DNA of 60,471 bases. It comes from a virus. Taxonomy: Duplodnaviria; Caudoviricetes. Below the pieces are notes generated by a model. The model had not been told where the DNA came from. It saw only the letters and a program-made list of their open reading frames with translations, and ran no database searches. Shown piece by piece: positions 48,033-56,921 of this stretch (positions are counted from its first letter, which is position 1; each line of letters starts with the position of its first letter). A program made the position numbers and the translations under genes. The stretch is taken from IMG/VR virus record IMGVR_UViG_3300027971_000003, positions 1-60,471 of that record, one strand, 5' to 3'.

Positions 48033-48524
48033 TTAAGTAGTGGACAAGCGTATGAGAGCAGTCGTTGTCGTGTTTGAAGGCATAGTCAAAGTGAACGTGC
48101 CAGCAGTAATCGTTTGTGACCCGAACGTGTGGACAGAGACAGCCTTGTTGGACTGAGTGCTGTTGTAGATCAACACCGTATCAAAAGCGGTTGTCAAAGT
48201 CACGGTCGTGTAAACAATAGATGCTGAAGGCGTCCAATAGCCCACACCCGCCGTAGACGAAGAATTAGTCGAGGTAGGAGCCGTCGCATTAGTAACTGTT
48301 ACGCCACCCGCTGTATAACCAGTGCCTGAAACTTCTCCAGTAGCTGAATATGCCGTAGTGGATGCGTTGTAAGTGGCTGACGCTAGATACAGCGCAGCTT
48401 TAACGGTGTCCGTGGTTGGCGAAGTTAAACTGCCACGAGAAACAATCGTTGAGGTTCCAAACTGGTGCTGACCGAGCATCAGTTCACCGAGAAACGAAGT
48501 ACACATACTTTGAGTGTTTGCGAT
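48033..48524 (-). CDS. Tail-associated structural protein (paralog of 49220-49630); ATC 48524 or ATG 48506 start
   Basis: KAALY...GTGYTAGG...LIYN...FG...FT..MP...ALIR shared with the paralog. Confidence 0.65.
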   Translation of the reverse strand: MANTQSMCTSFLGELMLGQHQFGTSTIVSRGSLTSPTTDTVKAALYLASATYNASTTAYSATGEVSGTGYTAGGVTVTNATAPTSTNSSSTAGVGYWTPSASIVYTTVTLTTAFDTVLIYNSTQSNKAVSVHTFGSQTITAGTFTLTMPSNTTTTALIRLSTT

Positions 48525-48542
48525 GATAGTTCCTTTTTTGGG

Positions 48543-49013
48543 CTACGCCCAATTTAAATTTTTTGCTTTGTGCGATTGATTTCCACTTCGAATAAAACTT
48601 ATGTGTCCTTGAGAAACGCCAAGCGAAGCAGCAATTTCTCGCTGTAATCCCTGCGCTGTTTTTGCAAATTCAACTTGATCGTTTGTTAGTTTAGCTCGAC
48701 CATGTGATTCACCAAAGCAAACACGCATTTTTCTTTTTGCATCTTGCATATTTTCTGCTCTTGTTCCAAGATTTAAATGTTCTGGGTTTACACAAGAAGG
48801 ATTATCACAAGAGTGCATTACATCTCTTTTATCTAACGCACCAACAAAAAGTCTATAGGAAACACGATGCGCTAGCTCGTTTCTTTTAGGGGTTCTAAAA
48901 AATCCATACCCGTTTTTCATGCAATAGGCTTCCCACAGCCAGCAGCCGTTCTCCGCCTTATGCACTTTGGACATAAAACGCTCGGTTTCTGACATCCGTG
49001 GTTTACCAGCCAA
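48543..49013 (-). mobile_element. Free-standing HNH homing endonuclease
   Basis: GCWLW...GYG...AHRVSY...HSCDNPSCVNPEHL..GT..EN and C-terminal HTH; AT-rich. Confidence 0.88.
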
Positions 49014-49022
49014 TTTAAACTC

Positions 49023-49217
49023 CTATCCTATTGATGCGGTTTCGCCACCAGCGAAGGTCGGCATTTTCTTTAGCGTCACATGAGCCGAACGATGCACGAG
49101 TTCACCCTCAAGCCAATACTCGACCCATGTAGTGGATTCATTATCATTATCAACAGAACCTTCCCTCTTCTCCAGCAAGGAATCGTCCATCTCGCCTTTT
49201 GTGGTAGTGACTAGCAT
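49023..49217 (-). CDS. Hypothetical protein
   Basis: 64 aa, WVEYW..GELVHRS motif. Confidence 0.65.
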   Translation of the reverse strand: MLVTTTKGEMDDSLLEKREGSVDNDNESTTWVEYWLEGELVHRSAHVTLKKMPTFAGGETASIG

Positions 49218-49219
49218 GT

Positions 49220-49630
49220 CTATATCCTAATGAGCGCAGAAGTGTAAGTGTTTGCTGGCATCTGAACAGTGAATGTATTAACCGAAGTCTTATCAGCGCC
49301 AAAGTTTATAACTGCCACGGACTTGTTTGCTTTTGAGTAGTTGTATATCAACCCACCTCGTGCCGTCAAAACACCTGCCCACGCAGCATCATCGAAGTCT
49401 ATATATACCGTTGTGCCGTAGGTCAGGACGGTAGCGTTGGTCAAAACAATCCCACCAGCCGTGTAACCTGTGCCTGTAGTCTCACCATTAGTCGTGTAAA
49501 CAGTGGTATCTGCATCCAGATTGGCGGTAGACAAATACAACGCCAGCTTCATTGTGTCTGTGGTGAAGTCGTGGACAGCAAGGGGTAACTGTCCCTTGAA
49601 GCTAGTAGTCAGTGTTTGGACGATAGACAT
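49220..49630 (-). CDS. Tail-associated structural protein
   Basis: TSFK...HDF...KLALY...GTGYTAGG pattern. Confidence 0.65.
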   Translation of the reverse strand: MSIVQTLTTSFKGQLPLAVHDFTTDTMKLALYLSTANLDADTTVYTTNGETTGTGYTAGGIVLTNATVLTYGTTVYIDFDDAAWAGVLTARGGLIYNYSKANKSVAVINFGADKTSVNTFTVQMPANTYTSALIRI

Positions 49631-50283
49631 TAGGCAACCTTATTCCTGACCTGACCAGAACGATAAGCATCCTGACGCTGTTTACCATCCCCGAGGTTTT
49701 TCAGCATCTTCAACGAAATTACATACATGCTCTCATAGTTTGCAATAACGTCCGCTTCGCCCTTCATAAACCGGATAGCCTCAATCAGTGCGCCATTAAG
49801 CAGCGCCGAATCAAAGTTGTCTCCAAGCCAAGTCGTGCCAGCGGTGACAATGGACTCGGGGTAATAGTAGTAATGCAGCTCTGCGTTATAGGTAGCATCC
49901 GGTGTTGGGCCAACAATCAGAGTCAACTCAGTAACGTCATTAGAAGCTGGGCCAAATATCGCGTAATACTTGGGCAACCCTGTTCCACCGGTAGAGCCGG
50001 GGAAAGCTTCACGCATGAAGTTCACATCTTTGTTGATGAGGTAGGTGTAGTCCCCACTGGTCGGAAAGACTGCCAACGAATAGACGGACAGAAAATCTGT
50101 CGGGGTTGCCAGATATTTGTTCCCGCTAGTCAACGTCCCAGTGACATTCTTACGCAGATTGGCAATCTGAACAGTGTTATAAATCTTCTGTTCTGCCTGT
50201 TGCGTGAACATGGCAAGTTGATCCGCTGTGAACGTATTCTCAGTGATGTCTTGAATATTGGTGCAGAGACTTGCGTAGTTCAT
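49630..50283 (-). CDS. Head-tail adaptor-like protein
   Basis: AEQKI, G.PKYYA, PTPD and LLNGAL.EA..FMK motifs. Confidence 0.65.
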   Translation of the reverse strand: MNYASLCTNIQDITENTFTADQLAMFTQQAEQKIYNTVQIANLRKNVTGTLTSGNKYLATPTDFLSVYSLAVFPTSGDYTYLINKDVNFMREAFPGSTGGTGLPKYYAIFGPASNDVTELTLIVGPTPDATYNAELHYYYYPESIVTAGTTWLGDNFDSALLNGALIEAIRFMKGEADVIANYESMYVISLKMLKNLGDGKQRQDAYRSGQVRNKVA

Positions 50284-50293
50284 AAACTACTCC

Positions 50294-50461
50294 CTAACCC
50301 ATTGGGCCACGAGCCATTTTACCCTTGGTTTGGGCTTTACCACCACGGACTAAAATTCCGCCCGAAGCCATACCGTGCAGCTTCTTTTCATGCCCTTTAA
50401 CCTCTTTGTCAGCAATCTTTTTGACCTGCTTGACATCACCACCAGACAGATATTTCTTCAT
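50294..50461 (-). CDS. Small basic protein with xxGG motifs (55 aa)
   Basis: Manual ORF MKKYLSGGDVKQVKK...GMASGGILVRGGKAQTKGKMARGPMG* with AGGAG RBS. Confidence 0.7.
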   Translation of the reverse strand: MKKYLSGGDVKQVKKIADKEVKGHEKKLHGMASGGILVRGGKAQTKGKMARGPMG

Positions 50462-50470
50462 AATAGCTCC

Positions 50471-50860
50471 TTAAGTTGTCACTACTGTTACGGTGCCTAA
50501 CTGTATATCCAACGTCAAATAGTTGGGGGTCAGCCCTGCGTCATTTAGGGAAGCCCCGCCAATCGGGTTCCAGCCCCACTGAATCTGCCTACTACCATCT
50601 CCCAGAGACCCGTTTGCAAGCACTCCAGAGGTCTGATAGGTCGTGTCTGTCCGTGGATTTCTCAGGGCTTGCGGGTCATCGACCGGATACATGCCCAACT
50701 GCAACTGTGGTTGATCTGGTTCAAAACATTCTTGGCAGACTAATATATTAATATTTTTAGTCTTAATAATCAAAGTTTTAAGGTCTCTAAGGCGATATCT
50801 AAACCCGCAACGGTCACATATCGCAATAGCATTTTTACCTGAAGCGTATCTATTCCCCAT
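50471..50860 (-). CDS. Conserved zinc-binding late protein
   Basis: ICDRCGF...VCQEC...PQL...DPQAL..PR motif. Confidence 0.65.
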   Translation of the reverse strand: MGNRYASGKNAIAICDRCGFRYRLRDLKTLIIKTKNINILVCQECFEPDQPQLQLGMYPVDDPQALRNPRTDTTYQTSGVLANGSLGDGSRQIQWGWNPIGGASLNDAGLTPNYLTLDIQLGTVTVVTT

Positions 50861-51341
50861 GTATTGCCCTTGCTGGCAACGCCGGGGTTTTCATGCTTGA
50901 CCTGATGTCCTGTAACATACTACGTAAAGCAACTCGCGAAGCCATTACTTCATCTGGAATTGGATTATCCAATCTTCCGTACTTTTTGCCGTTGGCGGAA
51001 AACATTTGATATTTAAGCGCCGCAGCAATTTGTTCTTTTTTTACTACTGAATACGGTTGTATTTCTTTTAAAAAAGCCAACGCTTCTTCATTTCTTGAAA
51101 CCCAACGATGCTGCACAGACCATCTACGACCATTAGGGGTGCGGGAATTTGATGTGCTAATTGAGCCACCAAAATTTTCTAAAAAAAGTTGTAAACAAGG
51201 AAGGCTGGTTTGCGTTACATTGGCATGTAAACTTGTCCTAAAACCGTGACGGCAACGCGCCTCCTTGGACATTTCTACCATTACACAGCCTTCGCCGTCA
51301 AAAAAACCAGCAGCCCAAGCGAGGAAGAGTTGATCTTTCAT
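50850..51341 (-). mobile_element. Free-standing LAGLIDADG homing endonuclease
   Basis: LAWAAGFFDGEG motif, Q, FGG and PYSVVK; overlaps both neighbours. Confidence 0.8.
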
Positions 51342-52270
51342 TACCCGCCGCCGCTAATATACATCCGACGCGGGACAAACCGAATCGCTGCCTTTTCCCT
51401 GTCCTCACCCGCCGCAAGGTCAAACTGCTCGTTATATACCTGTTTGAGCATATCCAGACGAGGCGCTAAATCCGGCACTTTCATGGCAATGTAGTAAGCC
51501 AAGCCAGCCACAACACAAGGCAGGAACCGGAAGTTCATGTCCGCAGTCTGCACCCCAGCCCCAGCATCTTGTATCCGACGCATCCGCCAGTAGATAAACT
51601 GATAGGTCTGGGTGTTGTCCGGTGTCAGCCAAACGGTAATCGCCGGTAGATTCGGGTTGTAAATAGCCGTTCCGGTGGTGTGCGCGGCTGCTGTGGTGCC
51701 GTTCTGCGCCCTGAAAACACCGCCCAAGGTGTTACCACTCAGGTAGCCGTAGTAAATGTCCTCAGAATCGATCCTGATGAACCCAGCACCGGGAAGCCCC
51801 ACAACCGTAGACAGCGTAATGGTCGTGGTTGTGGCGGTGATTGTTCCACTCAATGTGGAGTTGGTTGGAGACAGAACGCCAGACAACCTCTGGACAAAGA
51901 CTTGAATCGGTCTGCCTTGAGCCAGCTTGTTAGGGATTGTTGCGTAGGTCGGCATACTGATGCGCGTGATGGACAGGTCAGACTGAGTAGACGCCGTGTT
52001 ACTACCGGTGCGGATCACATGATCCATCAGATCAATCGTGTCCAAGGGCAGAGCATAGGTGTTTAAACCTGCTGTCAGGGTTAGCGCACCCTGATCTATT
52101 GTCCACATATTGATGCCACGGTTCTGCCACTCGATGGTCATCAAGTTCATGGAACGACGAGCTGTCCGAAGATCGTAACCCGTCCGCATTTCCTGCCCAG
52201 CGCGTTCCCATGCCTCTTCAGCAATTTCTGCAAAGTCGAGGGTAAACCCAGTTGAGCCGGAAGTTGTCAT
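51341..52270 (-). CDS. Tail adaptor/tubular protein A-like
   Basis: EEAWERAG...ARRSMNL..EW.NRG.N.W and RFLPC..GLAYY motifs. Confidence 0.65.
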   Translation of the reverse strand: MTTSGSTGFTLDFAEIAEEAWERAGQEMRTGYDLRTARRSMNLMTIEWQNRGINMWTIDQGALTLTAGLNTYALPLDTIDLMDHVIRTGSNTASTQSDLSITRISMPTYATIPNKLAQGRPIQVFVQRLSGVLSPTNSTLSGTITATTTTITLSTVVGLPGAGFIRIDSEDIYYGYLSGNTLGGVFRAQNGTTAAAHTTGTAIYNPNLPAITVWLTPDNTQTYQFIYWRMRRIQDAGAGVQTADMNFRFLPCVVAGLAYYIAMKVPDLAPRLDMLKQVYNEQFDLAAGEDREKAAIRFVPRRMYISGGG

Positions 52271-52503
52271 TATCTATATCCTGCGGTTTTTCTAGCGATG
52301 CTCTTGGGTTGGGCTACAAACTGCTTACCTGCTGCCTTACCTGCACGTTTAGCCCTCGTTGTTGCCGCGTATTCCTGCGGACTGAGGGATTTTATAGCTG
52401 CTTCAGGCAGATATCGCTCACCTGTCTTTGACGAGGGCTTACCTGACTTAGTACGCCATTTCTGGGCAGTCCAGTCTTTGAGCGATTGCTGCGGGGCTTT
52501 CAC
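52270..52503 (-). CDS. Small basic protein (DUF5872-like C-terminal half)
   Basis: QSLKDWT.QKW...ERYLP..A...LS..E...T..KR.....GKQFV. Confidence 0.6.
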   Translation of the reverse strand: MKAPQQSLKDWTAQKWRTKSGKPSSKTGERYLPEAAIKSLSPQEYAATTRAKRAGKAAGKQFVAQPKSIARKTAGYR

Positions 52504-52616
52504 TTTTTTGCGTCCTCTTTTTCAAGTAATTCAGCGTTTATTTCTTCGTCAGTCACTGCGTCACAATCACATTGACCAGCTTCTTCAAGCAGACAATCTT
52601 TGGTATGTTCAATCAC
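52500..52616 (-). CDS. 38-aa acidic Cys-containing peptide
   Basis: Manual ORF (GTG) MIEHTKDCLLEEAGQCDCDAVTDEEINAELLEKEDAKK*, overlapping both neighbours. Confidence 0.45.
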   Translation of the reverse strand: MIEHTKDCLLEEAGQCDCDAVTDEEINAELLEKEDAKK

Positions 52617-52884
52617 GGTATCCTCCTCCAGCGGCTTTATAGCGTTTAGCCATTAATTGCGCTTTTCTCGCGCTCCATTTTCCAGCGCCGGTACCTTGAA
52701 CCGCAGCAGCTTTGACGCTATTGAAGATGCTTTTACGAAGCCCCGGCTTGGTGTAGTTACCCGCAGCATTAACCCCGCCGCCAGACGCATACTGGGTGAA
52801 ATCAGTATTGTCGCGTCTGGCTTTGCGCTTACCTGTAGGCATTTTGTTGGGGTTCATATCCCCCATCCCACGGGAGGCTCTCAT
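52609..52884 (-). CDS. Small basic protein (DUF5872-like N-terminal half)
   Basis: YTKP.LR...G.WSARKAQL....YK.AGGGY. Confidence 0.6.
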   Translation of the reverse strand: MRASRGMGDMNPNKMPTGKRKARRDNTDFTQYASGGGVNAAGNYTKPGLRKSIFNSVKAAAVQGTGAGKWSARKAQLMAKRYKAAGGGYRD

Positions 52885-54305
52885 TAGCAGCGAGTCTTAC
52901 CACGTTGAGCGATACCGTCAGCACGGCGTGAAGCAGAGCTAACAGAACCACCGGTAGCCATACGCACCATTGTGCCTTTGGTTTTTCCATGAGACTCAAT
53001 GCCGCCGCCTTTGGCATAGCTGGACATTCCACCCATATTCATTTTCTTCATAAACATAGGTTTGCCATCTTTCATGGGCATACCACCTTTTTTCATACCC
53101 ATCATTTCCGCTTTTTCATGTTTCATCATGGATGCCGGAGCGCCCTTTTTCTTCATGAACGCCATTTCTTTGCCAACCATTGCTTTAGACTCTTTCATCA
53201 TGCCCCCATCTCCAAAACGACGTTTTTTGATTGTTCCACCTTTTTTGTAACTAAGGTCTGTCCCAACATCCATGTCACGCGCTTCTTTTTTCATAAAGTT
53301 AGCATTCTTCAAACGCTCATAAGCCGCATTAGCTTTATCTGTGTCACGATCAGAAGACCTAGCAGATGAACGAGCCGCGCCAGAGTCACCACGAGGCGCT
53401 GGCAATTGACGGCTTGCAGGAATGTATTCTCCGGCTTTAGACTCAGTAAGAAGCTTTGTTTTAGGCCCAGCAAGTTCTCCAGCCCTATACGTCTTTAATC
53501 CTTTATTTGCAGCACTAGCAGCTTTAAGCCCCGCACCTACTCCCAAAGGCATAAGCGTCATAGCTACATCACCAAACTTTTCAGCATTTTCTGCTTTTTG
53601 TTCATCTGTAAGTTTAGAAGCATATCGACCACGACTTGCCATCCCAGTGGCTGCGCCGCCTCCAGTTTCACCAAACCTTCCTTTATCTGCTCTTTGGTTG
53701 GTTGTTTCGTCACTGTATCCCATGCGTTTTTTTGCAGGAGTTTCTTGAGCCGACGGAGCCGGATACCGTCTACGCAACCGTTCACCTTCATCACCATAAT
53801 CAACAATGGCTTTAGGTTTGCGAACCGGTGCGGTAGCAACAGGTTTTCCACGCCCACCACTTGCTTCAGGAAGATCATCGCTATAATATTTATTTACCGT
53901 GGCTGGTGCATCCGGTTTAGCATCTTCTTTTGCGTCAAAATCAATGTTGCCAAGATCACTTGGTGCGCGAGTAAAACTAGCAGCCTTATCCGGCACAGCT
54001 TTTTTCATACGAGCTATGATATATGGATCGGTGCGATCCGCTCCACCAAGGTATTTTTCTTGTTCCTCTGAATACTGCTGCGCGGGGATATCCGCCGGAT
54101 CAGGCATCCGATAACCACCCTCAGTATCTCCACCCATAGCAAAACGTCGTTTCTTCATCATGCCACCTTTATTAAAAGTTTTACCTTTGTCAGCAGCATT
54201 GAAGTCTTTGCCAACAGATTGAGATACCCCAACTTTCTTGGCGAATGAGGGGCTATGAGCTATTGCTGCCATGAAACGATGTTGCTTTGCTGATGTAGAA
54301 GGCAT
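52884..54305 (-). CDS. Low-complexity late protein with repeated [FYM]xxGG motifs
   Basis: Start placed at MPSTSAKQHRFM; eight [FYM]xxGG motifs; ends RADGIAQRGKT. Confidence 0.7.
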   Translation of the reverse strand: MPSTSAKQHRFMAAIAHSPSFAKKVGVSQSVGKDFNAADKGKTFNKGGMMKKRRFAMGGDTEGGYRMPDPADIPAQQYSEEQEKYLGGADRTDPYIIARMKKAVPDKAASFTRAPSDLGNIDFDAKEDAKPDAPATVNKYYSDDLPEASGGRGKPVATAPVRKPKAIVDYGDEGERLRRRYPAPSAQETPAKKRMGYSDETTNQRADKGRFGETGGGAATGMASRGRYASKLTDEQKAENAEKFGDVAMTLMPLGVGAGLKAASAANKGLKTYRAGELAGPKTKLLTESKAGEYIPASRQLPAPRGDSGAARSSARSSDRDTDKANAAYERLKNANFMKKEARDMDVGTDLSYKKGGTIKKRRFGDGGMMKESKAMVGKEMAFMKKKGAPASMMKHEKAEMMGMKKGGMPMKDGKPMFMKKMNMGGMSSYAKGGGIESHGKTKGTMVRMATGGSVSSASRRADGIAQRGKTRC

Positions 54306-54313
54306 TTTATTCC

Positions 54314-54742
54314 CTAACACTTCCACGCTTTTAGCGATTTATCTAAGTATTCTTCCCATTTGGGACTGTTGCATGAAGCGTATAAATACTGTGCAGCAAA
54401 TTCTAAAAGAGTTGGGTCGTCTCTAAAATGTCCAAGCCCACGGTTGCAATGATTGCAAAGCATACCTCTTACCTGTCCAGTAACGTGATCATGATCAACC
54501 ACTAATTTGTCTTGAACGCCACAAATAACACATTTTGTTACGGTTAATTTTAAATCCGCTAGGGCTTCATCAGTAATTGCATTGCGGTACATTCCACGGC
54601 AGTTGGCGTTACGATACTCATTTCGACAGCCACGACACCAACTATCAAATCCAGACTTTGTTTTGTTATGCAATGGGAAATTAACCGCATCAAGCGGTTT
54701 TATTTCTTTACAACGAGTGCAAGATTTTGTTAGCAGTTCCAT
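54314..54742 (-). mobile_element. Endonuclease VII-type HNH homing endonuclease
   Basis: CVICG...LVVDHDH.TG.VRG.LC..CN.GLG.F.D and N-terminal CxxC pair. Confidence 0.85.
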
Positions 54743-54984
54743 GCTTTTAACGATAACGCTTTACGTGTGGGTTTACCATTTGGCTTCTTCATCGGCCCCT
54801 CCATCCCTGTCATCCTCGCACAAAAAGACTTCCTCCTGCCAGCGTCTTTTTCTGTTTTTGGATGGGGAGCAGGTGGTTTCAAACCGGGTTTGCCGGGGTT
54901 GGCTGCGTTGTATGACGCCCTCCCCTTCGCGTTCAAACCACCTTTGGGGTTTTTGCCTTCTTTTCTTGTCCATGCTGCGCTCAT
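54730..54984 (-). CDS. Small basic conserved phage protein (DUF6321-like)
   Basis: W.RKEGKNP.GGLN.KGR...RRKSFCARM...W.C. Confidence 0.65.
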   Translation of the reverse strand: MSAAWTRKEGKNPKGGLNAKGRASYNAANPGKPGLKPPAPHPKTEKDAGRRKSFCARMTGMEGPMKKPNGKPTRKALSLKAWNC

Positions 54985-54985
54985 C

Positions 54986-55174
54986 CTAAACCTCTTGGTA
55001 GGTTGTCATTGGGTAGATGGATTCCGTATCTTCTGTGGCATTGCACTTATCGCACACATGAACAAACGGTTTGGCTTTGTATTTGATGCTGAACTTATGC
55101 TGAAACTCACCACCGCAATCACACATCAAGCGGTTTACAACCCATGTAACCGGCACTGTCTTTATGCTGCTCAT
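54986..55174 (-). CDS. Small zinc-ribbon protein
   Basis: CDCGG...HVCDKC motif. Confidence 0.55.
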   Translation of the reverse strand: MSSIKTVPVTWVVNRLMCDCGGEFQHKFSIKYKAKPFVHVCDKCNATEDTESIYPMTTYQEV

Positions 55175-55923
55175 GCTGCATCACTCATGGTCTGCTGCGA
55201 GATCATCGACGGGTATAAGACATCATTACCAAAATCGCTCTTATGCTCAACCACGCCCATGTGACCCAGCTTGATAGTCGGGTCTATCCACACCTCAAAC
55301 CCAGCTTCCCGCGCACGATCACAGAAGAGGAAGTCCTCGCCAATCATGCCTTCAGGGGTGACCAAGAAGTCAAAAAAGCTGTAGAGCATCTGCGGACTGT
55401 TGGTGTCCATGTGTTTCCACTCAGGATGCTGTTCAGCCAGCGTGGTAAAGACTTTTTTCTGGATCATCATAAAGCCAGTGGCTACGCGATATGCCCTGAC
55501 CAGACCATCTTCATCCATCGTGATGGTGCCGTGAGTGCCGTTGATTCCATTGCCACCGTCAATCGACAGGATGTAGGTCTTGCTTTCTTTACGGGCTACA
55601 TAAGCACCAGCAACAACGCCACGATCTTGATTCCACGCCATCAACCGAATCACTGACTCAGGCTCAAACGTCATGTCTGCATCAATGAACATCAAGTGAT
55701 CACAATCAGACTCCAAGAACTGCTTGGCAATGACGTTACGCGCACGAGAAACAACAGAACAACCACAGATGCTGTTGACCTGTATATCAATCCCATGCTG
55801 CAACACCATTTGACTGAGTTTCATAAGAGACACAGCCATGCTTACTGTTACTTTGTAGTCATACGCCGGAAGTCCTATCATCAACTTCTTACCGGCGAGA
55901 TTAAAGCCTTTGTTAGAGGTCAT
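55171..55923 (-). CDS. GT-A (family 2-like) glycosyltransferase
   Basis: ARN, FIDAD (DxD), TGFMMI, GEDFLFC and GH motifs. Confidence 0.8.
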   Translation of the reverse strand: MTSNKGFNLAGKKLMIGLPAYDYKVTVSMAVSLMKLSQMVLQHGIDIQVNSICGCSVVSRARNVIAKQFLESDCDHLMFIDADMTFEPESVIRLMAWNQDRGVVAGAYVARKESKTYILSIDGGNGINGTHGTITMDEDGLVRAYRVATGFMMIQKKVFTTLAEQHPEWKHMDTNSPQMLYSFFDFLVTPEGMIGEDFLFCDRAREAGFEVWIDPTIKLGHMGVVEHKSDFGNDVLYPSMISQQTMSDAA

Positions 55924-55926
55924 TAT

Positions 55927-56226
55927 TTACCCGTAAATTATAGTTGCGGAACCAAGGTTTGATACCGTTCCATACACGGCAGTTTGGAACAGCAGCCCCT
56001 GTCCCGGCATCAACATATAGGTTGGCTGAGTGGCAGAAGCAACGGTGTTGACGGTAAGTTTAATGGAACTACTTGCCCCGCCATCCCTAAGAACAAGACT
56101 ACCCGCTGAAGCACCGGGAACGATGTAGATTGATTTAATCCTACAACGACCAATATTATTAGTGGCTTGGTCAGTAAATTGACCACTGGCGGTTATAGGT
56201 ATACTGGCTAGAACGTCTGTTTGCAT
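55927..56226 (-). CDS. Putative virion protein
   Basis: 99 aa, beta-rich, PG.G.LF...YG end. Confidence 0.55.
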   Translation of the reverse strand: MQTDVLASIPITASGQFTDQATNNIGRCRIKSIYIVPGASAGSLVLRDGGASSSIKLTVNTVASATQPTYMLMPGQGLLFQTAVYGTVSNLGSATIIYG

Positions 56227-56272
56227 GGTTAATCTCCTAGTGTGTTAACGGGGGGCCGTAGCCCCCAGAAGA

Positions 56273-56788
56273 TTAGCTAAACGGCGTAACAACAGTGCCA
56301 GAACCCACAAACGACCCGTGAATAACCATATATTTACCGGCAGTGTAAGGCATCAAACTCAGGCGGCTACCAGCGGCAGCGCCGCCCGAAGTCGTTGAAT
56401 TCAACGTGATGACCGTTCCAGCCGTTGAGTTAAATGATTGTGAAGTTGTTCCGGCAACTGAAATTTGACCCGTATAAACGTCCGAGCCAGAGGTAGTAAT
56501 AGTTTCAGCAGTCGCGCCAGCCGAAGCTGCGGTAAAGATGAACGTGAAAATAGCGCCAATGTTATTCAGCGTATTTGGATCAGAGCCGGGGCCAGAGGTC
56601 GCAGGGTTTGCCGAAGCATTAACTGCCGGAAGGATAATCGCGCAAGTCGCCGGAACCAGCAGAATCCGTCCAGCGTGAGCGGCAACGGTGAGGGTTGCGG
56701 TAGCGCCGAGAGTAATTGTATTACCCGGCCCTTGAGTATAGAAGCCGTTTAGCGAACGTACCGGCCCTTGAAATGTGGTCAAAGCCAT
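56273..56788 (-). CDS. Putative head-associated protein
   Basis: MALTTFQGPVRSLNGF N-terminus; directly downstream of the MCP. Confidence 0.6.
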   Translation of the reverse strand: MALTTFQGPVRSLNGFYTQGPGNTITLGATATLTVAAHAGRILLVPATCAIILPAVNASANPATSGPGSDPNTLNNIGAIFTFIFTAASAGATAETITTSGSDVYTGQISVAGTTSQSFNSTAGTVITLNSTTSGGAAAGSRLSLMPYTAGKYMVIHGSFVGSGTVVTPFS

Positions 56789-56802
56789 GTGAATCTCCTG
56801 TG

Positions 56803-56869
56803 TTGTAGCACTAACTCACGCTGTCTCTACAAAGTCTGCTGGGGCAGTCCGCGTAAGTAAAAATCCCAG
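56803..56869 (-). ncRNA. Candidate double-pseudoknot RNA element in the leader of 56273-56788
   Basis: Interleaved helices CTGGG/CCCAG, ACTTACGC/GCGTGAGT and TTGTAG/CTACAA. Confidence 0.35.
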
Positions 56870-56877
56870 TAAGGTGA

Positions 56878-56908
56878 AGCAGGAGGGGCGTTTAAACCCC
56901 TCCCTTGA
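56878..56908 (-). terminator. Hairpin after the MCP stop with GTTTAAAC at its apex
   Basis: GGAGGGG...CCCCTCC stem; weak U-tract. Confidence 0.5.
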
Positions 56909-56921
56909 ATCATACTACATA

